Assembly (NCBI GenBank): GCA_965649825.1
Contig: OZ287695.1
Coordinates: forward strand, 1,097,081 to 1,161,080
Reading direction: 5' to 3'
DNA: 64,000 nt
Source: Penicillus capitatus
Taxonomy: Eukaryota; Plantae; Chlorophyta
This document shows, piece after piece, positions 33,841-44,915 of this stretch; position 1 is the first letter of the stretch, and each line of letters starts with the position of its first letter. Below the pieces are notes generated by a model that did not search any database, was not told where the DNA came from, and saw nothing but the letters and a program-made list of their open reading frames with translations. The translations under genes and the position numbers were made by a program.

Positions 33841-34496
33841 CACAATTTTTATAATACATCATTTCTCTTAAGTCTGTCCTATGCGAACGGCTACCCATTT
33901 ATCTTTGTCAACACAATTCAATGGCACAAATATGTGCTGTGCTTGTTTCTGAGCTTTATTGATTTTTTTGCTGCATCGTTAGTCATGGGACACAAACGAA
34001 ACACAGTCCCTGGTGAACATCTAGCTTGTCTTTGCGAATCCGTCAGTTTATCTTTATGTTCGCCAATTGAAGGACTGGTAATAACATAAGACGTTTTTTG
34101 TTCAGAAAACACGGTCTCAATTTTTGCAGCGATTCTTTGCATGCAGCTTATACAAACAGTGTCGAATCTTTTTCAGCTGCTCAGTCGAGGTATTACAAAT
34201 TGTTATCTGTTTTTCGTCGTGGGCATTATTCGTGCATGGCACAGAGGCATACAGCAAACGGCATCCATGGAAGAAAGGGGTATGGTCATGTGCGGTTCCG
34301 ATGTAAAATCGCCAATTGTATATATCCATGGAAGAAAGACATGCCATTTGAGCTGCCACATTTTTGTTAGACGATCGAGTATGGGCCATTTAAAAGAACG
34401 CTCTTACTTTATACTACCACGACCACAAACATCAACCATTAGATCCGACGGTTGGTCTGTGCACACATTGCTGGAAACGGTCCCCGACAACATTTC

Positions 34497-35508
34497 ATGA
34501 TGCGTTTAGCTTTAACAAGAGCGCCTCTAACCCGCGGTTCATCCATACTTCCAGTTTGCACTCGACCTGTGAACGATCACCGGAGACGATCTTCCCGAAC
34601 ATTTCACGGCCGTCGTCATCTGCAAACGCACCAAATCCGAAAGGAAGGCATGAGTGTCCAGCGTTGCGTCCAGACGTCAGACTCACAACAGACAACGAGC
34701 ATCGGTGCGCAAGATCACCCCAACGGATAGCTGCAAGCGAAACGCACGCGGTATCTTCAGGGCGCGTGGGACAGGCGAAGAGAGTGACGAAGGAAACCGA
34801 CGTCGATGTCCGCATCGCATTGGATGGCACAGGTGTCTGCACAGCAAAAACGCCCATTCCCTTCTTGAATCACATGCTCGACGTTCGCATCTTCTCCTCC
34901 TTGAGATCACCCCACGCACGATGTTGTTTGTGTCTGCAGCAATTGGCGTCGCATGGACTGTTCGATGTGACAGTCGTCGCGGATGGCGATGTGTGGATCG
35001 ATGATCACCATACGAATGAAGATATCGCTTTGGCGCTGGGCACGGCGCTTTCGGAAGCCCTTGGCGACAGAAAAGGCATCTATCGATTCGGACATTTCTC
35101 CGCGCCGCTGGATGAAGCGCTCGTCCAAGTGACCCTCGTACGCTTCGCTCATGTACAACACCCGCAGTGACGATGCCATCGAACAGGATCTCTCGGGTAG
35201 ACCGCATCTCAGTTTCGATCTGGAGATTCCGACGCAGCGCATCGGGACTTACGATACACAACTCGTCGAGCATTTCTTCCAGTCCTTGGCCAATACGTCA
35301 GGCATGACACTGCATGTGCGCCAGGTGCTCTTGCCTTTCTTCTCTCCTGACCGTGACGGGTGCTGCTCAGCTGGCAGGACAGAATTCGCATCATATCGTC
35401 GAGGCCTGTTTCAAAGCCTTCGCTCGAGCGCTCAGAACAGCGACAGAAATCGATCCGCGTCGCGCCGGGACGATCGCAAGTTCGAAAGGTGTACTCACAC
35501 AACAGTGA
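34497..35508 (+). CDS. HISN5: Imidazoleglycerol-phosphate dehydratase, plastid-targeted
   Basis: [15 protein letters not shown]|[50 protein letters not shown]. Confidence 0.97.
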
Positions 35509-35558
35509 TGAAGGATGTGCGTTCGTTCGTTCATCCGTTTGCTATCGCCCCATCTCTT

Positions 35559-36152
35559 TCACGTCCTTGGCTGCGCTGTGCTTCCCGCCGCCGCCGTTGC
35601 TGCAGCTATGCTGGTCGTCGCTGCTCCAGCGATCGCCTGTTGCGCATACTCTCTCACCATATTCCGTGCTTCTTTGGAACATCGAAAATAACCGTAGAGA
35701 TTTGAGCATCCCATCACCAGAGCGATGGCACAGATAAGGAGATACTCCCAATCACTTGGTCGCAGGAGCGTCAAGAAGGTATACAGTATCCAGAGGGCAA
35801 CATTCCCTACGAGTCCCGACCAAAACACCGCCTTGTCTGTTCCGTTCAGCGTTCTCTGACCTTCCTCCAACGCTTCGAAGCGCCAACCCGAGCCTTCATC
35901 CGAAACGTCGTTCCACCAACGCAGTCCGACCAACAGACGTCCCGTGACATTCTTAACGACCCAGAAATCTGCACTGGTCATGACCAGCAGGACAATAAAG
36001 TTCGTCACGAAGCTGTGCACCCCGAGGATCGGCTTGCAGGCGAAGAAGTAGATAACGGCGGTGAGTTTGAAGAGCATATGGAAGATACGTGCGACTGGAT
36101 GGGCAACGCCACTGTTGCGGCCGTTTGTCTGCAGCTGAGAGGCGGCATCCAT
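35559..36152 (-). CDS. TVP23: Golgi membrane protein TVP23/ECHIDNA (DUF846)
   Basis: Intronless 197-aa ORF with [28 protein letters not shown] and NLYGYFRC. Confidence 0.96.
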   Translation of the reverse strand: MDAASQLQTNGRNSGVAHPVARIFHMLFKLTAVIYFFACKPILGVHSFVTNFIVLLVMTSADFWVVKNVTGRLLVGLRWWNDVSDEGSGWRFEALEEGQRTLNGTDKAVFWSGLVGNVALWILYTFLTLLRPSDWEYLLICAIALVMGCSNLYGYFRCSKEARNMVREYAQQAIAGAATTSIAAATAAAGSTAQPRT

Positions 36153-36373
36153 AAGGAAATGCGTACGACACTCGAATCCCTAGCGATCGTTGCACGACGG
36201 ACAGTGCTCGTAGCGTCATCGCCTTCGATGCAGCGGTTCGGTTTTGGCCTGTTGCTTCGAGAGTCTCCTCGAGATCCAAAACTGTCCGCTGTCTTCTGCG
36301 CTTTTATTCGGGGTAAAAAGTGGAAACCTTTCACAGAAGACATCGAAGATCACGAGGTCGAGTGAACCGCTGA

Positions 36374-37384
36374 ATGGGAGGCTGTCCATTGTATGAGATG
36401 CCTGTGCAGAACTACGGCTACTATCTTAAGCGTTGGCAGCGTCGGAAGCTCCGAGATGTGACGCGGAAAGAAGTCTCCGGCGATGGAGGAAACGACCCGC
36501 TGAGACTTGATCAGGTGCACCGTCGACACCTGTGATGTCTACGATGGATTCCGCTATCGATTGTAGCCAAGCTATCGAAGTCACGGCAATGAAGATTTCT
36601 ATCACATGCATGGTCACTATGAAGAAGATATCCATTCGGATGGCGGCGGGGGTGCGCCGAGGAGGCGAAACCAAAAAACCCGTTCCAACAATCCGAAAAA
36701 GAAGCCACGTAAGACAGGCTGTGTGGGTTGGAGGTGAGTTTTGTGTGGATGCAGGTCGAAGGTCTGGAGCGTCGTCCTTTTCGAGTAACCAGTGGACGTT
36801 TGAGTTGCGAAATGGCTATGACGATGAATGGGATTGGGATGACTTGCGCACGATGTATGGATTGGCTGATGATGAGGAAGAAGGAGATGTCGATACCGCG
36901 TGATGCTCATTCCAATTCCGCATCACCGTTTGATGTGACGTTTCGTAGATTTGCCGCTTTCACCGCGAGGATGCGCAGACAGCGATATAATGACGATGAT
37001 GCCTATCCTTCGCAACCTCCGCTATCTCCAGGTCTTTATATACATAGATCGGTGCTTGAGCGATACACTTTTTTCTGGTTTATCAGAGTGCACCGTTCAC
37101 CTGCGCGTTTTGGGATTGCCTGTGGGTGTGCTAATAACGCCGAAGGATCTGAAGGACGCGTGAGACACAGATGCTAAAAAGAGAGAGCTCAAGTGGAAAG
37201 TACTGTATGTAGGTTCTACAGGTGTGCGCTGCAATGGCATCCCGATCGACACGATAAAGATCAGAAAGTGAGGCACCTCTTGAACACCACGGCCTTTGTG
37301 CACGCTTTCTTCCAGGCACATGCAGAATCGAAATTTAAACAAGTGCAGGAGGCATACAAAGTATTACAATCACACATTCAGTAG
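36374..37384 (+). CDS. C-terminal J-domain (DnaJ class III) protein, multi-exon
   Basis: Spliced C-terminus LRVLGLP..KDLKDA|..ALQWHPDRHDKDQK|AHAESKFKQVQEAYKVL with the HPD motif. The N-terminal exons were reconstructed less securely. Confidence 0.75.
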
Positions 37385-37612
37385 CTACGTTGTAACATGA
37401 TTGGACTTAAATGTTTGGAAACATCACCGCTTAAACCTCGTCGTTTTTGCTCATTGCTCACTATCAGAGACAGAGATGGGAAGAAGAGCTCGGCAACACG
37501 ACCTTGCAAAAGTGAAGGTGCATATGGCGTTTGTTAGAGTATCGAATAGAGATGCCACAGATCGTGCGCGAAATGGCGCAGCTAATTGATCGAGATGCCC
37601 AGGGCGGTTGTT

Positions 37613-37844
37613 GACCGATCGACCGATCGATTGTCATCGCTCGATTTCTGGGACGCGTGCATCGACCGATCGATTGTCATCGCTCGATTTCGGGGACGCG
37701 TGCATCGACCGATCGATTGTCATCGCTCGATTTCTGGGACGCGTGCATCGACCGATCGATTGTCATCGCTCGATTTCTGGGACGCGTGCATCGACCGATC
37801 GATTGTCATCGCTCGATTTCGGGGACGCGTGCATCGACCGATCG
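37613..37844. repeat. Non-coding 43-bp minisatellite, 5 full units plus partials
   Basis: GACCGATCGATTGTCATCGCTCGATTTC(T/G)GGGACGCGTGCATC at 37621, 37664, 37707, 37750 and 37793. The single variable base runs T,G,T,T,G. Confidence 0.97.
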
Positions 37845-38898
37845 CACTATTTTTCGAACGCGTATCGTACGAATAACGTGATCGGCGGATTTTGTATGGA
37901 TTACAAGTATTGGAAACAAGTATGCTAACTCCGCGAGTAAATACTTAACAATTTCCGATTCTGCCATTTATACGAAAAAACGGGCGTGATCTACTATAAG
38001 TTCGCACCAGACGTGTGAACAACATGAAGCCCGAACGCACGGATGTGTGCGTTGGGCATGCATTTCATGCGACGTCATACGGCATGGTGCCACTACTGAC
38101 GTTCCCGTCTAGTAAAGACTGGATCCATGCAAAGCCGCACACGCTCGACTGTCCCACTCACTCTTCCAATCGTTTGTCAAGCCCTGCAGCGTTTTTTCTG
38201 AGATGCAAAGAAATATTAAACACGTCAGAAAACGAGCCCGTCGTCCAGAAATTCGTCAGCACTGCACGCAGATTTTCAACAACGGCCAAAGCAAATGGTC
38301 CACCCAGATTTGGTATTTAATAGCGGTCGACGTCGAGGGAACGACCATTTCTGCATGATGGTCAAACAGTTGCATCGAGTCGGGTGAGTAGGTTGCCGGG
38401 TATTCATGAAAAAATGGATTTGTGGAGAATGATATCGGTATCCAATCGCCAACAACAGAATGGCCATAGCACAACCCATTTTGAAAATGATAATGGATAA
38501 GAATGTTAATGCAAATGCAAAAAACTTTCCATTCCAATACTGTCATCATCGCCACTGCCGTACCCAAAGAAGGAAAACCCAACCGTCCAAAAAACCAAAC
38601 GATATGTACGTCACCTTTCAAAACACCCCACGTGTTTTTAAGATCATCCAGAACTAATATAGAATCAAGAATCGAGTCATTTCCGCAGACCTACCTATTT
38701 AGTGTCAGTCAGAGACTGTCTTTAGCCCCACTTTTACCCCCTTTAATCGAGAATCAAAAGTAAAAAAGTGTGACCGAAGTCTCATTTTGTCGAACTCGTG
38801 TCCCTGTGGCGGACAAAGGAAATCAATCGACCGACAGCGTTTCATGAATCGATGGATGTCGATAGCGATGAAGGAAGCTGGGCAGAAGCCATGCGTTG

Positions 38899-39444
38899 TC
38901 ACGCGTCCATTTCCGCCTCGACAGGCTCAGTACCGTCGAACCACCAATCCCAGTCGCAACGCGTATGAACGGCTTCCGTTTCGCTTTCGTCCACATAATC
39001 ATCAACCTCTCGTTTCGTCATCGAATTTTCCCAAAAGTCCCGACGTCGATCGTCTACGTCGCCATTCGATGACGTATCCGCCGCGAGCGTCTCTCTCGCC
39101 CGTTGACACAACGAACATCGCGCAATGGTATTTTTGACGTCGTTCTCCATTTTCTCCCAGAAATACCACCGTCTCAGTTCTTTCAGTACGGCCTTCTCTC
39201 CTCGGTGGCCGCAAAGATGATGCGTGTGCGCAACCAACATGAGACGGTCGTTGAGGGGAGGAACTTCTCGTCGTCCCCTGTTTGATACCCGGAATAGTCG
39301 ACCACACTGCAACACATGACGACTGGCTCTTTTGCGCACTCGGCTTTTTTCGGATTCCGACGCGTAAGGGCCATAACACTTCGTTGAAAGGTAGCGCAAA
39401 ACGGGCAGGTCAACCCAGACGTCTTTGGAAGCTTTGTTAGGCAT
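38899..39444 (-). CDS. Stand-alone Ty3/gypsy-type integrase zinc-binding (H2C2) domain protein with acidic tail
   Basis: DVWVDLPVLRYL..EKSRVRKRA..REVPP..HHLCGHRGEKAVLKELRRWYFWEKMENDVKNTIARCSLCQ fits the Integrase_H2C2 pattern. No DDE core, RT or LTR seen nearby. Confidence 0.8.
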   Translation of the reverse strand: MPNKASKDVWVDLPVLRYLSTKCYGPYASESEKSRVRKRASRHVLQCGRLFRVSNRGRREVPPLNDRLMLVAHTHHLCGHRGEKAVLKELRRWYFWEKMENDVKNTIARCSLCQRARETLAADTSSNGDVDDRRRDFWENSMTKREVDDYVDESETEAVHTRCDWDWWFDGTEPVEAEMDA

Positions 39445-39918
39445 GCTGCGAGAGAAACAGGCAAAAGAGTTTAGCGCACAAAGACAAACAGTTCGCCGAA
39501 TCGCCGAAATGACAACGGCTCTGAACGGGACGCGCCCCACCCCGCTATGGCCACCGTTGAATCTCGCGTAATACGCCCGTAATACTATTCGAAGCGACAA
39601 GGGTCGATGCATGCGATGCAGCACCGACATCGCCGTCCTGCCACCCGAAACGTCCTCTTCGTTGCGTTCTCGCAGAAACGAACATTCGAGACAAGATACA
39701 CGCGTCCAGCTCAACCAGCTGTCAGATGATACCTAAGTGGCAACCTCTTGCGTTTTGTGAGGCCGTGTGTATGGGGAGTCGACTTCGCTGTTCGTGATCG
39801 AGAGATAAGACATCGCCGTTGATGTCCGTCACTGGTTGATGATGTTGTTTTTCAAACATGGATGGATGTGTTTAATGTGTGCCATTCTTGAGCGAGGGTA
39901 CGCGTTGCTTGTTGTCTC

Positions 39919-39941
39919 GTTTGTTTGTTTGTTTGTTTGTT
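39919..39941 (+). repeat. (GTTT)n microsatellite just upstream of the SAP-RRM start
   Basis: About 6 GTTT units directly visible. Confidence 0.9.
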
Positions 39942-39949
39942 CGCGCATC

Positions 39950-42133
39950 ATGAGCGACGAAAAAGACGTGGAGCGAATGACAGTGAAAGAACTGAGACTA
40001 GCACTAAAATCGCGGAAGATGTCGGTGAGAGGTTCAAAAGACGAACTGGTGGAGCGTCTGAAAATGGCGCTCGAGGGGGAAATGGACGACAGCGACGACG
40101 CCTTGTCTGAAAGCGGCAGCGAAGGCAAAACGCCGCGGAGCACTTCACCGTCGACGAAGCTGAATGAAAAAGGGACGCCGGGGTTAGACATCGAAGAGCA
40201 TGACTTTGCTCCTGTATCGGAGATTCCCGAAGTCGAAGAACCCCTCACGATTCAACAGAGAACGACGAAAACAGAAGTCGAAAAAGCAAAAGCTGTACCG
40301 AGCAGCGACAAGCCGAGGCCGCCATCTCCGACGCGAAGCTCTGCGCCCGATCCCGAATGGCGAAGTCTGCACATTCCAGACGACTGGCTGCCGATGCCGC
40401 TTATTCGCATATCCAATTTGCCATCGGATGCCGAACTCGATGTTCTGAGGTCGATGATGGAGAAGTCGGCTGGATTGAAAGTGGCCCATCTGACGTTCGA
40501 TACCAATAAACCAGGTGGCCACTCCAATGCAGCTCTGATGCGACTGCGTGCACCGAAGGAAGAGCTTTTCGCCGAAGGGCAGACAGGAGACGGTGGTCGA
40601 GTGGAAGACTGCGATGTCAAATCGATAGCTGAGACGACAGCCAAGAATCTGCGAGGCATGGATCTGATGCTGGGGCAGAGAAAATTGGATTTTGAGGCAC
40701 CGCTGTGTCGAACCACTCTTTTCGTGCATAACCTGCAAGAATTTTATGGAAACAAAGATGATCGATTCCAAGCAGAAATGGTCAAAGTAGGAGAAGTGGT
40801 ACGATGCTTCATTGTGCGCAATAAGGTTGGAGAAAGCAAAGATTATGGATTTGTTGAGTATTTGCTCCCCTCCGATGCAATGAACGCCAAAGATAGATTG
40901 GACAAGAAATCTGCGGACGCCTTGTCCGAATTCAAGAAACAGAGAAACAGTTCCACCGGCGGCGCAGCGATGGTACCACTCAAACGTCTGCGTTGTGAAT
41001 GGGCCTTCAATCCTAACATCTCATCTCTCTACTCCAAAATCTGTTACATCTCAAATCTGCCACCAAATTTCGAAGACCGCGAGGTGCTGCGGAATGTCTT
41101 TGCCCCATACGGAACCGTGTTGTCTTGCAACATCCGTACCCGACCTGGCATGGGTCCTGGTTGTGGATTTGTGGAGTTTGAGAGGGGAGAAGATGCAGAG
41201 AAGGCACTCAAAGCGCTAGATGGCAGTCGGGACACTCCGCTCGGTTTTATTCTTGTATCCTTTGTCAATCCTGGCAAATTCCCAGGCGAAGTCCAAGCAA
41301 CAAGCACAGCGGGAACCTACAACCGCAGTGTCTATTCCAAGAGACCACGAGATATGATGGCAGGCAATGGAGGTCATCCAGGAAGATATGGACAGCATCA
41401 TGGCCATCTGTTCTTCCCCCCAAGTCGACCGCCCTTCGAGAGTGAGTATCCAACAAGGACGGAACCTGTTTTGAGTGAGAGAGGTGTGATGTGTTCAGTG
41501 CCTCATCGAGCAAGATTTCAACGCCCTCCTCGCGGAAGGGGATTTCGTGCAGGATACCCACCTTATGGCAACTATAATCAAGGCGTGTACGGTCATTATT
41601 ACAACTCTTATAGCCAGTCTCTTATGCCGCATGGGTACTTGGGCAATGGAGGCTTCAATCAGTTCCCTCCTCAGACACCAGGCGCTTATCCACCGACAGC
41701 ATACAGCGGACCTGGAGGATACAGTGGCTACCGAAGTGCACCGTCTGTTCCGGGTGTGAAAGGAGCGTATGGAGAGCCAGGCTATCCTCCACATGAGACC
41801 TACGAAGGAGGCATGCCCTACAGCGGAACGGCCAATTATACAGCAGGCGGAACGCATCCTCCGTCCACCGGAGGTAGCTACGGTCAAGGATTGAACCAGT
41901 CTGGTTATCCATCCAGTTACGGAACAGGTTATCAGTCTGGATATGGTCAAGGAGCAGCTGCTGCCTATGGCCAACAAGCAGGTGGGAACTTTGGACAGCA
42001 AGGAAACTATGGTCAAGTGGGCTACGGCGGCAGCAATGTTCCTGGAGGACAGATGCCTGGAGCCAAGCGTGAACACGAATACGATACCCCGACATACGGA
42101 GCCAGTCATTACGGAAAGAAACCGAGATTCTGA
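39950..42133 (+). CDS. SAP-domain + RRM RNA-binding protein with G/Y/P-rich low-complexity tail
   Basis: SAP: MTVKELRLALKSRKMSVRGSKDELVERL. RRMs with RNP1 KDYGFVEY and GCGFVEF. Tail GYGQG-rich, ending KKPRF. A probable in-frame 57-nt intron lies at 41442-41498. Confidence 0.9.
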   Translation: MSDEKDVERMTVKELRLALKSRKMSVRGSKDELVERLKMALEGEMDDSDDALSESGSEGKTPRSTSPSTKLNEKGTPGLDIEEHDFAPVSEIPEVEEPLTIQQRTTKTEVEKAKAVPSSDKPRPPSPTRSSAPDPEWRSLHIPDDWLPMPLIRISNLPSDAELDVLRSMMEKSAGLKVAHLTFDTNKPGGHSNAALMRLRAPKEELFAEGQTGDGGRVEDCDVKSIAETTAKNLRGMDLMLGQRKLDFEAPLCRTTLFVHNLQEFYGNKDDRFQAEMVKVGEVVRCFIVRNKVGESKDYGFVEYLLPSDAMNAKDRLDKKSADALSEFKKQRNSSTGGAAMVPLKRLRCEWAFNPNISSLYSKICYISNLPPNFEDREVLRNVFAPYGTVLSCNIRTRPGMGPGCGFVEFERGEDAEKALKALDGSRDTPLGFILVSFVNPGKFPGEVQATSTAGTYNRSVYSKRPRDMMAGNGGHPGRYGQHHGHLFFPPSRPPFESEYPTRTEPVLSERGVMCSVPHRARFQRPPRGRGFRAGYPPYGNYNQGVYGHYYNSYSQSLMPHGYLGNGGFNQFPPQTPGAYPPTAYSGPGGYSGYRSAPSVPGVKGAYGEPGYPPHETYEGGMPYSGTANYTAGGTHPPSTGGSYGQGLNQSGYPSSYGTGYQSGYGQGAAAAYGQQAGGNFGQQGNYGQVGYGGSNVPGGQMPGAKREHEYDTPTYGASHYGKKPRF

Positions 42134-43859
42134 GCGCCATACAAAGTGCGTATTCTCTCTATCCATAAAGGACGCCTTTCGCCATACGGGTCGGTGTGTC
42201 AGTAGCGGTTGTTGTTGTTTGTTGTCATTGTCGTGCCTGTGACATAACGAAGTGGGTGGTCGGCAGCGGTGTACGTGTGCGATTGCTCGGTCTCTATAGT
42301 TAAGAAGTGTCGGTCGGTCGGTTGGCATGTGGGTCGTGCGTGTTTGATTGGTGGTTGGTTGGTTCCCTGTCGACTCAAGCTGTTTGCTATTTGTTTTGGA
42401 AGCCTCCTCCTCCATTCCCCGATGAAATCAGCTTTCCCTCTTTTTTACATTCTCGCTGTGACAGAGACGGTCAGAACTGCAGTGAACCTTCGGCTGAACG
42501 TTTCAATAGACACAATGCCCTTTTCCGCCATGTGGCATCTCTCTTTTCCTTTTTGTGTTTTTCAAGTGCGTCCATCTACAGCAAAGAATCCACCCAGAGG
42601 CCACCCATGGCATTTGTATTTCCGCGTCCTTCCTTCAGTAAACCCAGTCAAATTGACTAACAGAGAAATTCGTTCCATGCGTATCTACCTACCTACCTAT
42701 CATGGATGCATACCATATTTATGACTCTGTTTACTCTCATGTGCGCTGCGCCTTCACACAGAATGCACGAAGAATCAAAGCTGAATTGAGAAGTGCATGC
42801 TCTGGTGTGGTATCTATTATCCATGTTTCAGCTGTGTTTCTGATTTCTCCAGACTACTACTTAAGACCTGCAAAGAGCGCCTTCCGCATCTGAAATTGCC
42901 AGTTTCGACATTTCATCATTGACACTATGAATGAAGCAGGCACGCCCATACAGATCCTTCTGTGACATCCCTTCTTTAGTGTGCTGCTGCGCATCTGTCT
43001 GTCATGCAGCAATTTTGTTTGCAAATTTTTCTGTTCTTTGCTACAAGAGAAATGTCAGATCTCCCATAGCCCATTTATTGGCCAGACTCGAGCGCCTTGT
43101 CTGTGGTGGACTCGATTGGCGAAGCTCATATAGATGATGGTGAATGCAGCTAAGATAATATAGGTAGTTTTTTTATGATGCATCTCGCGACAGTCGCGTT
43201 AGCGATTTGTGGTTCGTGTAGAGTAGCTTGGATTTGTACAACGGACACACATATATGTAACGATTGAGACTCCTAAAGGGCTCTGTTCTGTACGCTCGAA
43301 TTTTGGATCTCATAAGTAGACAGACAGTGAACAACACACAAGTACGTACAACGGAAACAGCGAGACGGGCAAACAAACAAACAAGCAGGCACCCACACAG
43401 CTATTTATTGACATGCTCTTCTCTCCAAATCTCATCCACCCCCTCCTCGTGTATGTCATCTAAATGACACCCAACCATGCATCTACGCTTCCCGACAGAA
43501 CGTCTTGAGACAAGCAGGGAATGTCCGTCATGCGTTAAGATATCAGGTTCATGTTTGGCAGCGGCCGTTTAGAATGAAATGGAGTCAGCTGTACATGACC
43601 AAAGTGCCCTTGTTGAATGGACAGACAGCAAACCGAACGAAGAGCGGTAGCTTCTGTTGTCATCATCGAACTCTTATCTCCTTTCTCTATACCACATTCA
43701 AAAATGCCAATCATCAATGCATGTATCAAAACCAGAGCACCAAACTATCAAAGATCCTTTAAAGTGGCTGACTCTACAGGCGGCGGGTAATATACTATAA
43801 AAGAGCAGTCGGTCAGGTAAGTTAGCAGGCAGGCAGGCGAGCCGTCGTGCTGTGCGTCG

Positions 43860-44603
43860 TCATGCAACATCGTCCAGCAATGGATTGGTATGCGTACGAT
43901 GCAGCGCAAATTCTTGCAAGGAATCATCGCATTCAAGGTTGACTTCGCCATCGAATCCCTCATCTTCGCCAAAGCCGATCGCACCACAGTCAAACCCATT
44001 GTCCTCCTCTTCCACCGCATGCTCCGTTGCATAATCCAGCAATTCCTGAAGGGACGAGATCTCGCGTTCCAGATGCTGATTCTCTTCAAGCAGTTTGCAT
44101 TTGTCAGAGAGTAAGCTCTGAAGCTGTTGGCGATCCTGTTCGAGGATGAGGCCTGCCTCGGAGTAGGCAGCACAACGTTGCCGAAGACCATCGTTCTCTT
44201 TGGCCAGTTCATGACACCGAGATCGCGTCTTTTCCAGTTCTTGTCTCAGGTTTTCGAGATCTTTGCTCGTTCCTGTCGTTTCCGTTTCCCATTCCTTCAT
44301 GACACGTGCTCCTGCAATAATATAGGGCATCTCTTCATCTGGTATAGGGAAGTTCATTCCAAGCCATCGCAGACAGTGTTCGACGGTGCCAAATACAGAA
44401 GTCATGGCGATGAGGGTACTCCACTCGACGCTACTAAAAATGGAGTAGACACTTCGACCCAAGAGAGAACGAAGGCCGCCGTCGCCCGACGCTGCGTGAC
44501 GTGTCGCTGCGGAACGGCGCTGCGTCGAGGGAGGCGTTTTTACCGTTAAAGGCCCAAGCACCGTCATGGCTAAACAAAGCATCTTCTCCAATGCAGACGT
44601 CAT
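43860..44603 (-). CDS. Coiled-coil protein, uncharacterised (plant-type LLxEKxxLxxENxxLxRE motif)
   Basis: Long ORF with heptad region QLQSLLSDKCKLLEENQHLEREISSLQELLDY and an acidic tail. Start uncertain. Confidence 0.65.
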   Translation of the reverse strand: MTSALEKMLCLAMTVLGPLTVKTPPSTQRRSAATRHAASGDGGLRSLLGRSVYSIFSSVEWSTLIAMTSVFGTVEHCLRWLGMNFPIPDEEMPYIIAGARVMKEWETETTGTSKDLENLRQELEKTRSRCHELAKENDGLRQRCAAYSEAGLILEQDRQQLQSLLSDKCKLLEENQHLEREISSLQELLDYATEHAVEEEDNGFDCGAIGFGEDEGFDGEVNLECDDSLQEFALHRTHTNPLLDDVA

Positions 44604-44915
44604 GTTGAGAAAACGCACGATGTTCAATGCGCTACCGATGGTCAACACCGACTACTATGTCGTACACTATGTGGATGGATGGACAGACACGACCATCTAT
44701 CGCTAACGACACCGACACCAGCTAGACGCTGAGCGATCAAACCACATCTATGCGAAAGGGCCTGGCGTGGGCTGAGCTTCGGAAACGACCGAACTCGGCA
44801 TTAGCGCCGCCATGTCTCGTGTAAAGGGAGGATGCCGGACGAGGGTAGGGCGCAAGGGTGATGAGGTGAAGTGACGGATAGACAGATTGGTACGGCTTCG
44901 GTCCTTATCATAGCG

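Noticed and set aside
38256-38700. Hydrophobic open frames on the minus strand as a membrane-protein gene or continuation of the H2C2 ORF
   Set aside because: No consistent splice path or recognisable motif; AT-rich sequence readily yields hydrophobic frames.
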